This document shows, piece by piece, positions 55,910 through 62,847 of a stretch of DNA of 64,000 nt. The stretch is from the IMG/VR virus record IMGVR_UViG_3300034104_004920, positions 33,278-97,277 of that record; one strand, given 5' to 3'. Under the pieces are notes generated by a model. The model worked only from the letters and a program-made list of their open reading frames with translations. It ran no database searches and was not told the origin of the DNA. Positions within the stretch are counted from its first letter, which is position 1. Each line of letters starts with the position of its first letter. The position numbers and the translations under genes are program-made. The DNA is from a virus.

Positions 55910-56092
55910 CTAGTGGTATTCTTTTTTGGGCTGCAGTAGTGCGGCCGTTTTGGGCTTTAAAACTTTAAACAACTCTAGTGTTAGTGCTGGAGGGTCCAGG
56001 TTCTTTTCTTGGAAGTAACGATTGTAGACTGGTAATAGTTCGTTTACAATGCATTCTTCTAAAATGACAACATAGGGTTCTTTAAAATTCAT
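55910..56092 (-). CDS. hypothetical protein
   Basis: GGAG RBS before ATG 56092. Confidence 0.45.
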   Translation of the reverse strand: MNFKEPYVVILEECIVNELLPVYNRYFQEKNLDPPALTLELFKVLKPKTAALLQPKKEYH

Positions 56093-56164
56093 GTGGAGTC
56101 TCCAACAAAACAACATTATAACATAGGGATATTGTTGTTTCAAACGCAAATTTTAAAGTGGTAT

Positions 56165-56197
56165 AAAAACAAAAAGCCCACGAAAGTGGGCTTTGTT
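56165..56197 (-). terminator. intrinsic terminator
   Basis: AAAGCCCAC-UUUC-GUGGGCUUU followed by UUGUUUUU on - strand. Confidence 0.85.
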
Positions 56198-57048
56198 GCT
56201 GGATTTCTTTCTCCAGCGAGAATCCTAGTAACAGCTAGGGTCCAGTTTAAGGTTTTTTGTTCTGATAGGTTAGACTTCCTAACAACACAGTTATCATCAC
56301 ACTGTATTGTGGTAGCAGTTTAAGCACTCTGCACAAACTCCAAGGAGTGTTCTGTTAAATCTCCCTGATATGCGCCTGTGGGATTATGCGGACCCACATT
56401 CCAGCATTATCTGTTGGTCTTAGTTAGAAGAAGGCGACTGTATTTCAAACGGTTCTTTCCGTACAGTGTTATAGCACACTGTTTCGCTCTGATGCAATAG
56501 AGACTATTGCTACTCCCAAGAAGAGGTACCGATGAAGCTGGTACGGACTAACAATACTAAAAATTGTTGCTGCTATCTTGACTAGTAGTCGTACCACTTC
56601 TTGAATGATCACGGCGTATTTTTGTGTGCCTACAAAAATACCTAGCCTGAATCAAACTCAGTGGGCTCTGAGGTTTCATCGTAACAGACAACGCCAACAG
56701 GCATTGCTGGTTTTAGTATTATTGGTTGTATTGTCTTGTTATGGACAACAATAACCCTATTGTCGTTTGCTTTTAACGATGTCTACTTATACAAGGGCAG
56801 TGGCCACTGCTGATCTTGCTTTCGTTACAGTGATAGTGACCAAGGACTTAACCCTGACCACTGGACATCAACTCGTGTAGGACGTTGATCACCGGAGCCT
56901 ACATTGATAGTGCATTAGCCTGGTGAACACAGGCTTTTTCCAAAACAATACAACTAATAATACTACTAGAGGGCTGTGGCTCGGAGTATACTTTTCCCAC
57001 AATTAAGACGTATGGCAGATTACCGCCACCGCTGTCGCCCCATATTAG
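56171..57048 (-). ncRNA. large (~880 nt) structured non-coding RNA of unknown class
   Basis: no ORF of 60 aa or more on the transcribed strand; own promoter and terminator; long-range helices and pseudoknots (see findings). Confidence 0.7.
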
Positions 57049-57054
57049 ACAACT

Positions 57055-57083
57055 ATTATAGTACTTTTAATAGTATCAAACAA
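57055..57083 (-). promoter_or_regulatory. sigma70-type promoter of the large RNA
   Basis: AAAAATTTAGAC-TTGTTT-17 nt-TATAAT. Confidence 0.75.
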
Positions 57084-57097
57084 GTCTAAATTTTTAT

Positions 57098-57196
57098 ACC
57101 ATAGTTCAACACACTAGCGGCGTGATAAGATCAGAGCCATCTCGTTTAAAGGTTGCTATTACTGAGCAAACCTCCACTAATGTGTTGAACTATGGC
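57098..57196 (-). ncRNA. shared-stem RNA cassette 4
   Basis: GCCAUAGUUCAACACAUUAG ... CUAGUGUGUUGAACUAUGGU. Confidence 0.55.
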
Positions 57197-57265
57197 GGCA
57201 GTGTTGCTGCCTCAGGAATCCCGGCCCTCAGTGCTAAGAGAACACCTACATGCCACCCTACTCTT

Positions 57266-57337
57266 ACCATAGTTCAACACACTTCCCAACCTAACCCGGG
57301 ATGCTGTTTGTACATTAGAAATGTGTTGAACTATGGC
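57266..57337 (-). ncRNA. shared-stem RNA cassette 3
   Basis: GCCAUAGUUCAACACAUUUC ... GAAGUGUGUUGAACUAUGGU. Confidence 0.55.
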
Positions 57338-57520
57338 AACGCCCCCTAAAGCGTAGCATAGTGTCTTGTACCAGGACGACGATCCCGCTGTATCTTAATA
57401 GAGGATAGTACTATTCTACAGCGGCATAGTACTATTTTTCGCCTTGTTGCACTGTACAATCTAGGGAATGATTGTACGTCGTGTGGCACCTCAGCTCGAG
57501 GGTTCATAAGAACCTCGGTG

Positions 57521-57675
57521 TTATGGTAGCAGGGTTCGAACCTGCAGTTGAATAGTCTGTCGCACTAGCTATTCTGGTCAGGTTTTGCCATGAGTGCGAG
57601 TCCTGCATCTTAATGCAGACGACTGTCCGTATAGGCTTTTCCTCGACCGTGTTCTCCGATTTTCACCATACCATA
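57521..57675 (-). ncRNA. 155-nt tRNA-like RNA with expanded anticodon domain
   Basis: UAUGGUA/UACCAUA acceptor, D-arm, T-arm GCAGG-UUCGAAC-CCUGC; no anticodon loop. Confidence 0.7.
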
Positions 57676-57856
57676 GTTGTCCAGACCCGAGTGGAGACGT
57701 CTGAACCTTTCTATCTCATTCCACCATTAGACCCGTTAACTAGAGGTCAGCTAGATCCAAGATAAAGTGGAGTACTTGGACGTTTGTGTTGATCCACTAT
57801 CAGACCATTTGAACCTAGCGGTCGGCTAGGGTTTGAGTACAAGAGTTATGATTTTT

Positions 57857-57967
57857 ACCATATTTCAACACACTGCTGCGGCCGCAGACTACCGAGTACA
57901 TAACGCACGGAGGAGCAACCCTTGCCGATCTGCTGTACTGACTCGTCACAATGTGCTGAAATATAGC
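57857..57967 (-). ncRNA. shared-stem RNA cassette 2
   Basis: GCUAUAUUUCAGCACAUUG ... CAGUGUGUUGAAAUAUGGU. Confidence 0.55.
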
Positions 57968-58062
57968 GACCCTTTGTAGGCAGGATTCGAACCTGCAAGT
58001 GGCTTCTACCACCACCGGCCCCAATGCGGGCCTATGTTTACCAGTTTCCATCACTACGGGTC
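57967..58062 (-). ncRNA. tRNA-like RNA (class II scaffold) lacking a canonical anticodon loop
   Basis: D-arm, variable arm, T-arm GCAGG-UUCGAAU-CCUGC; acceptor GACCC-GUAG / CUAC-AAA-GGGUC. Confidence 0.65.
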
Positions 58063-58108
58063 CTCGGAGTCATGACTTCCGAGTATGGTTGAGGGTAGCT
58101 ACTCCTCT

Positions 58109-58184
58109 ACCATATTTCAACACACTGCTGAACAATCGTCAGTCTTCCTAAACAATCGTTAGGATCAATGTGCTGAAATATGCC
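58109..58184 (-). ncRNA. shared-stem RNA cassette 1 (twin CGAUUGU loops)
   Basis: GGCAUAUUUCAGCACAUUG ... CAGUGUGUUGAAAUAUGGU. Confidence 0.55.
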
Positions 58185-58266
58185 CCCAACTCGTCAATTT
58201 AGGGTAGGGCTTCAACAGCTCATCAAGGAACAAATCCCACTGTTTACAAGCCGTTGCCATGATATT

Positions 58267-58295
58267 ATTATAATATGTTTAGAACATCATTTCAA
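58267..58295 (-). promoter_or_regulatory. sigma70-type promoter of the ncRNA array
   Basis: TTGAAA-17 nt-TATAAT. Confidence 0.75.
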
Positions 58296-58309
58296 ATTCA
58301 ATTTTTTAC

Positions 58310-58396
58310 TGGTGGAAGCGGTAGGAATCGAACCTACGGTGTTTCTCTTGTCACTGATTTACAGTCAGCTGCCTTCGCCGCTCAGCACACACTTCC
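58310..58396 (-). tRNA. tRNA-Tyr(GUA)
   Basis: CU-GUA-AA, long variable arm, CCA. Confidence 0.9.
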
Positions 58397-58399
58397 GTT

Positions 58400-58484
58400 T
58401 GGTACCCTCGGCCGGACTCGAACCGGCATGATGTTACTCGAGAGATTTTAAGTCTCTTGTGTCTACCGTTTCCACCACAAGGGC
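58400..58484 (-). tRNA. tRNA-Leu(UAA)
   Basis: CU-UAA-AA, A73, CCA. Confidence 0.92.
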
Positions 58485-58492
58485 AATGATAC

Positions 58493-58568
58493 TGGTACCT
58501 CTAGGGGGAGTCGAACCCCTCGTTTCCGCCTTGAAAGGGCAGCGTCCTAACCATTAGACGATAGAGGC
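58493..58568 (-). tRNA. tRNA-Glu(UUC)
   Basis: CU-UUC-AA, CCA. Confidence 0.92.
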
Positions 58569-58872
58569 AAAGTTGTTGAGTTTATATTGTTCAACAGAGG
58601 ATCTATTATACAGGGTTAACCATTTCAAAACAACTTCAAAATTGTTAACCCTGTACAACAGGGGCTGAAACTATAACCAAACAGAGCAACGACTTCTGCT
58701 GGAGTATAGCTTGTCGAAGCTCTACAGTACGCTAATGACTTTATGACTATAACCCAAGTTGTTATCTTGTAGTCAGTCATAATGGGCCTTCGTCGAACAG
58801 CAGTTACTTCTATCAACAGAACACATATTATGACACAAAAAAGCACTCAAAACAAGTTCAAAATTGTTCGTT

Positions 58873-59115
58873 TTATGCTCTGCGATTCCACTTGTCAATG
58901 CATTCTTCACGAGTGTCGGCATTGACTTGTGCGTCACATCCGCCACTTGTTTCTACGCAAAACATGCTATAACAACGCTGTTCTGGAGGAACAACTAGAG
59001 CACTGCAATACGACTTGAGTCCGCTCTTTCTAAGCACCCAGCCGATGCCGTTAGGATAAATGGTGTCTGGATCGCTCATGTCTACTTCATGGCCGCAAAA
59101 AGGACAGGGTTTCAT
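58873..59115 (-). CDS. Lar-like (restriction alleviation family) zinc-finger protein
   Basis: KPCPFCG ... C.....GC ... I.KWNRRA. Confidence 0.65.
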   Translation of the reverse strand: MKPCPFCGHEVDMSDPDTIYPNGIGWVLRKSGLKSYCSALVVPPEQRCYSMFCVETSGGCDAQVNADTREECIDKWNRRA

Positions 59116-59342
59116 TGTGTTAGTCCAAAATGTTTTTTGATTGCCACTTGAGTTACTGATGCTGGAACATCATCGCCCATATAAGTATTATTACGAATTG
59201 CGTTATGGGATTCTAGCTGAATGATATCTACGCACTCCCGAACAATCAACTTAGTTAACCTTTCAGAATCCTCAATATTCCAACGCATATTTTCGCTTTC
59301 AGATACGACCTTATTGTGAAGTTCTTTAATCCTTTCGTTCAT
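59112..59342 (-). CDS. 'MNERIKEL' paralog family protein
   Basis: MNERIKEL...LIVREC...IKKHFG. Confidence 0.7.
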   Translation of the reverse strand: MNERIKELHNKVVSESENMRWNIEDSERLTKLIVRECVDIIQLESHNAIRNNTYMGDDVPASVTQVAIKKHFGLTQ

Positions 59343-59566
59343 TCTTCAACTCCGAAATGTTTTCTAATCAAGTCTGATGATTGGTATGGTTCCGCTTTGT
59401 TAGCAATACCCGCACATTCTCCAACAATCAACTCGGCGAACTTTTCTTCAAACTTAACTTCAAGTTCATTATGTTCCATGTAATAGCCGTAATGCTTACA
59501 GTCTGCCACATAGTCACGAGCATATTGCCTAGCCTGATCAGCAAGTTCACGAATTCGTTTATTCAT
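59339..59566 (-). CDS. 'MNERIKEL' paralog family protein
   Basis: MNKRIRELA...EKFAELIVGECA...IRKHFGVEE. Confidence 0.7.
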   Translation of the reverse strand: MNKRIRELADQARQYARDYVADCKHYGYYMEHNELEVKFEEKFAELIVGECAGIANKAEPYQSSDLIRKHFGVEE

Positions 59567-59781
59567 GGGCAGACCTCAAATTTGTTCTTGATGCCGTCAA
59601 TTATAACACGACAACACCAGGAAATGTCTTCATTTTCATAATTTGTTACACCCATTAGAGCAATCTCTGCAACGCAGTCTTGGACGACCATCTCAGTGTA
59701 TCTCTCTAGATACTTGTTATCTGCGGCGACATACTGAGTCATACCAGAATCTTCCGCAAGTTTATGAATTCGTTCGTTCAC
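59563..59781 (-). CDS. 'MNERIKEL' paralog family protein
   Basis: MNERIHKLA...ERYTEMVVQDC...IKNKFEV. Confidence 0.7.
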   Translation of the reverse strand: MNERIHKLAEDSGMTQYVAADNKYLERYTEMVVQDCVAEIALMGVTNYENEDISWCCRVIIDGIKNKFEVCP

Positions 59782-60026
59782 AGGCTTACTCCTTTGGAAA
59801 GATTTGCCAGTCGGCGTTGCTCATTGCTTGCTTGGTGTTCTGCCTTGCGACGTTCCTTCAATGCTCGTTCACGGAAGTCCTTTTCAAACTGTACATCGTT
59901 GAACACAGTTTGTTGCGGCACACCATACACCTCAGCAACAGCCAACACAGCAGGCCATTCATTATACCGCAGCCGATCCTCTGAATTATCAACCAGCCAT
60001 TGAATCATTTCTTCATAGATTTTCAT
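59778..60026 (-). CDS. hypothetical protein
   Basis: coupled ORF. Confidence 0.55.
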   Translation of the reverse strand: MKIYEEMIQWLVDNSEDRLRYNEWPAVLAVAEVYGVPQQTVFNDVQFEKDFRERALKERRKAEHQASNEQRRLANLSKGVSL

Positions 60027-60226
60027 TATTTGACTCCGAAATGTTCTAAAATTTCAGCACCAATGTTTTTATTGCCATTGTATTCACAACGAGTAGCAAT
60101 TACGGCACATTTAGTAACAATCAACTCGGCAAACTTTTCTTTTGAAAAATGATAGCACTCGAAAAGATTTTCATCTTTAAACGGTATCATTGCCTGTTCG
60201 GCAAGCTCTAGTACTCGTGAGTTCAT
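60026..60226 (-). CDS. 'MNERIKEL' paralog family protein
   Basis: MNSRVLELAEQA...EKFAELIVTKCA...ILEHFGVK. Confidence 0.7.
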   Translation of the reverse strand: MNSRVLELAEQAMIPFKDENLFECYHFSKEKFAELIVTKCAVIATRCEYNGNKNIGAEILEHFGVK

Positions 60227-60227
60227 C

Positions 60228-60425
60228 TTAGTACCTTTTTACGAAAATTTCGTGATTACAGGGCGGACACTTGATAAAGTTAACTAACTCACGAGTACCA
60301 TCGTAATCAACTACAGACCGTTCTTGAATATCTGCTGGTACATAATTCAGCGTTGAACCACAGCTAGGACAAATGACTTCTTTAACCACACTTGGATGCG
60401 GTACGGTGCTTACTGCTGTTACCAT
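60228..60425 (-). CDS. zinc-ribbon small protein
   Basis: CPSC and CPPC. Confidence 0.6.
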   Translation of the reverse strand: MVTAVSTVPHPSVVKEVICPSCGSTLNYVPADIQERSVVDYDGTRELVNFIKCPPCNHEIFVKRY

Positions 60426-60461
60426 TATTCAATCCCGGCCCAACTCAAAACAAGTCTAAAT

Positions 60462-60785
60462 TTATTTGTTTTCTACAAGAGTTGCTGCAGCTTCAACCAC
60501 CACGTAGCGAACCACCTCATAGGGGTCGTCGTGAAGACCACGACGAGCAGCCAAGGTTTTTAAACACTGCTTAAAGAAACGATAAAATCCAAAGGAGACC
60601 ATACACACCACTGCCAGCCTGAACGCATCGCCGTCAGACGTGAGTGGGTTCCATAAAAAATAAACATCGTCACCCTCACCGTGAGAGATGCCGGTTCCCC
60701 ACGAAGTGTTCTCAACAAAGCGCGGATTTTTAAGCCCTGCTGCCTTCGCGGCACCCTCCAATAACGACTGGATCTTGCTGTTCAT
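60462..60785 (-). CDS. hypothetical protein
   Basis: LLE.AAKAAG...WNPL..DGDAFRLAV...R..VV.AAA. Confidence 0.65.
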   Translation of the reverse strand: MNSKIQSLLEGAAKAAGLKNPRFVENTSWGTGISHGEGDDVYFLWNPLTSDGDAFRLAVVCMVSFGFYRFFKQCLKTLAARRGLHDDPYEVVRYVVVEAAATLVENK

Positions 60786-61039
60786 TGTTCTACTCCAAAA
60801 CCGCGATCTAGGTTGAACTGGTCTTGAATACTCCACACACAGCTACGAACTCCATCATGCCAAGTGTTGCCAACAATCCACCTATCGCCTGGATCGCTTG
60901 CAGCTTGGATACACTTTTTAATGATGACTTCAGCGAACTGTTCAAAAACTTCTTCGCCTACAACATACAAACCATCGCTTCGTTGATTCATACGGGTCAT
61001 GCCAGCACTGATGGCAAGTTCTTTAATCTTTTGATTCAT
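60782..61039 (-). CDS. 'MNERIKEL' paralog family protein
   Basis: MNQKIKELA...EQFAEVIIKKC...FGVEQ. Confidence 0.7.
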   Translation of the reverse strand: MNQKIKELAISAGMTRMNQRSDGLYVVGEEVFEQFAEVIIKKCIQAASDPGDRWIVGNTWHDGVRSCVWSIQDQFNLDRGFGVEQ

Positions 61040-61090
61040 CTTGGTCTTCTAGTGTTTAAAAGACTATTTTAAGCTAAAAAAGAAGTGCGT

Positions 61091-61381
61091 TCAACATCGA
61101 ATTTTTGTGATTGAAGAGTACAGCAGCATGAGTTGTTCGTGGGTGCAATTTTTTAGTGAGTCTAAGGAATCTGGTGTCAAGTTCAATTCTTCGCAGATTT
61201 TGATGATGACCTCGTCTTTCTTTAATCGCTTGGTTTCTTTTTTATATACACCTTCTTTTCCCAGTTTTACAGCAATGCTGCGAGGGGTACGGCTTAACAA
61301 AAAACCAATATTCTCTATACTCATTCCGGAGTTGTATAATTCTAATAGTTTATTTGTTGTTGTTGAATCCCAATAGTTCAT
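61091..61381 (-). CDS. T5 A2/D3-like DNA-binding protein
   Basis: RSIAVKLGKEGVYKK...KK......I......L.SL..C; paralog of 63472-63768. Confidence 0.6.
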   Translation of the reverse strand: MNYWDSTTTNKLLELYNSGMSIENIGFLLSRTPRSIAVKLGKEGVYKKETKRLKKDEVIIKICEELNLTPDSLDSLKNCTHEQLMLLYSSITKIRC

Positions 61382-61403
61382 ATATACCTCCGAAAATTAA
61401 GAG

Positions 61404-61432
61404 TTGTTTTGTGTGATCTTTTGTACTATAAT
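61404..61432 (+). promoter_or_regulatory. sigma70-type promoter at the strand switch
   Basis: TTGTTT-17 nt-TATAAT. Confidence 0.7.
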
Positions 61433-61457
61433 AATCTTTTAAACAAGGAAAAACTCA

Positions 61458-61652
61458 ATGTTTTGCATCAAGTGCGGCGATGACGTCAATCCAAAGCGTG
61501 TAGCCTTGGGTTACAAGACGTGTTTGAGTTGTGGTGAAACACTTGCCAAACAGTACAAACACTGTATTGTTCCTCTTCATAAGTCCAATTATCAACCCAT
61601 CACAGACCTGAGCCTGTTGAAAGGCATCAATTCAAAAGTATGTCCCGTCTAA
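61458..61652 (+). CDS. DksA/TraR-like C4 zinc-finger small protein
   Basis: CIKCG..V.PKR..LG..TCLSC. Confidence 0.55.
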   Translation: MFCIKCGDDVNPKRVALGYKTCLSCGETLAKQYKHCIVPLHKSNYQPITDLSLLKGINSKVCPV

Positions 61653-61742
61653 AAGACATTTTAACACAACTGGGATTCTATAAACAAGGTGATTTTTATT
61701 GTAGTAGAACGCATGACTGCTACAGTGTGATTCACGAATCCC

Positions 61743-62231
61743 ATGTTGAAGTCATGGAGAAGTACCTTGAAAACAAAATGTTTGTTCAAGGCAGCAGTCT
61801 TGTGTATCATCCTCCTGTGGATCCCTAACGAAACTCACTACACTGATAAAAAAGGGGTGGTATGTCTTGCACAAGCACTGTACCACGAAGCCCGAGGCGA
61901 GAGCTTGAAGGGCAAGTTGTGGGTTGCTAAAGTGGTCTTTAATCGTGGAGACGACCTCTGCCGTGTAATATATCAACCACACCAGTTTCCTTGGACGACT
62001 GGAAAGGTTACATATGATCGCTACCACTACAACCTAGCCCAGGTCATCATCCGCAACCCACACTTGTTACCACATACCCGTGCTACCCACTTTCATAACC
62101 TAACGGTCGATCCAGGCTGGCACGATTTAGAGTACATCACCACAATCAAAAACCATAAATTTTATGCAAAAAAAGCAAGTTCATCCAGAAGTAAGAAACC
62201 AGGCTCTAAAAAAGCTCAAACAAGAAGATGA
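61743..62231 (+). CDS. cell wall hydrolase (SleB-like)
   Basis: CLAQALYHEARGE, VA.VV.NR, VIYQP.QF.W, ATHFH, I.NH.FY; exact start uncertain. Confidence 0.85.
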   Translation: MLKSWRSTLKTKCLFKAAVLCIILLWIPNETHYTDKKGVVCLAQALYHEARGESLKGKLWVAKVVFNRGDDLCRVIYQPHQFPWTTGKVTYDRYHYNLAQVIIRNPHLLPHTRATHFHNLTVDPGWHDLEYITTIKNHKFYAKKASSSRSKKPGSKKAQTRR

Positions 62232-62489
62232 GGTGTTGGAGCCGTTGGTGAGCTTTTTAAAGCCTAGCCGAGTCAAAACTAGAAAGGCCCATAAACACAA
62301 ACACTAGCATGGGCTTTTTTCCTCAACCACCCAATCATAATTTTTACTTTTTATTTGAGTACCAAAAACTACAAGAAGACTTGTTCTATATTGTGGGGAT
62401 TGCACACGAGGTAACCCGAGGTCACAGCGACCCACAAACTGCTCTGAGTTCCATTATGTCTGTCTTAGACGAGTACTTATACTAACCCA

Positions 62490-62517
62490 GACCGGCCCGT
62501 GAGCCGGTCTTTTTGTT
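62490..62517 (+). terminator. intrinsic terminator
   Basis: agaccggc / gccggtct followed by T-run. Confidence 0.8.
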
Positions 62518-62559
62518 GTGTTCAACGCCCTTAAAACACCCCCCTCATAAAAAATACAC

Positions 62560-62588
62560 TTGTTTTTCGGTAAAATTCATGATACAAT
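62560..62588 (+). promoter_or_regulatory. sigma70-type promoter
   Basis: TTGTTT-17 nt-TACAAT. Confidence 0.6.
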
Positions 62589-62612
62589 AGTTGTATCTCA
62601 ACAGAGATAAGA

Positions 62613-62727
62613 CAACAGCGCATCAGCGCGAAGGTTTTGAGTTCAAAACCTCGCCGCGGGAGGGACCCCACAGGGAGGGCACCGCGGGCACGAGCTCTCG
62701 AAACCGTCACGCTGATGCATGCGGTTG
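62613..62727 (+). other. GC-rich multibranch inverted-repeat element
   Basis: gcatcagcg / cgctgatgc closing stem, aggttttga / tcaaaacct, ccgcgg / ccgcgg. Confidence 0.5.
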
Positions 62728-62847
62728 TATAATGATCAAATAGGGGAAGTATTTTTTTATATTTTTTTAAAATTTTGATGGCTAAAAGAACACTGATGAA
62801 ATCCCATATTTAAAACAAAAAAGAAAAGAAGCAAAGTTTTCGCAAAA

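Noticed and set aside
56171-57048. RNase P RNA or group I/II intron
   Set aside because: Could not find the GAGGAAAGUCC / CGGCUUA RNase P signature or a group II domain V; it interrupts no gene and has its own promoter and terminator
57680-57855. Hammerhead ribozyme
   Set aside because: CUGAUAG differs from the CUGANGA core and no correctly placed GAAA/NUH junction was found
57098-58184. CRISPR array
   Set aside because: Repeats are inverted pairs around inserts with irregular spacing; no direct-repeat/spacer periodicity and no cas genes
39681-58184. Retron msr/msd or DGR explanation for the stem-closed RNAs
   Set aside because: No reverse transcriptase in the window and no template/variable repeat pair seen
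39752-58431. ORF-track entries overlapping tRNA, tmRNA and ncRNA genes (e.g. 39752-40018, 40061-40306, 50240-50509, 57122-57349, 57815-58054, 58180-58431)
   Set aside because: They lie on or antisense to RNA genes and have no RBS or recognisable domain
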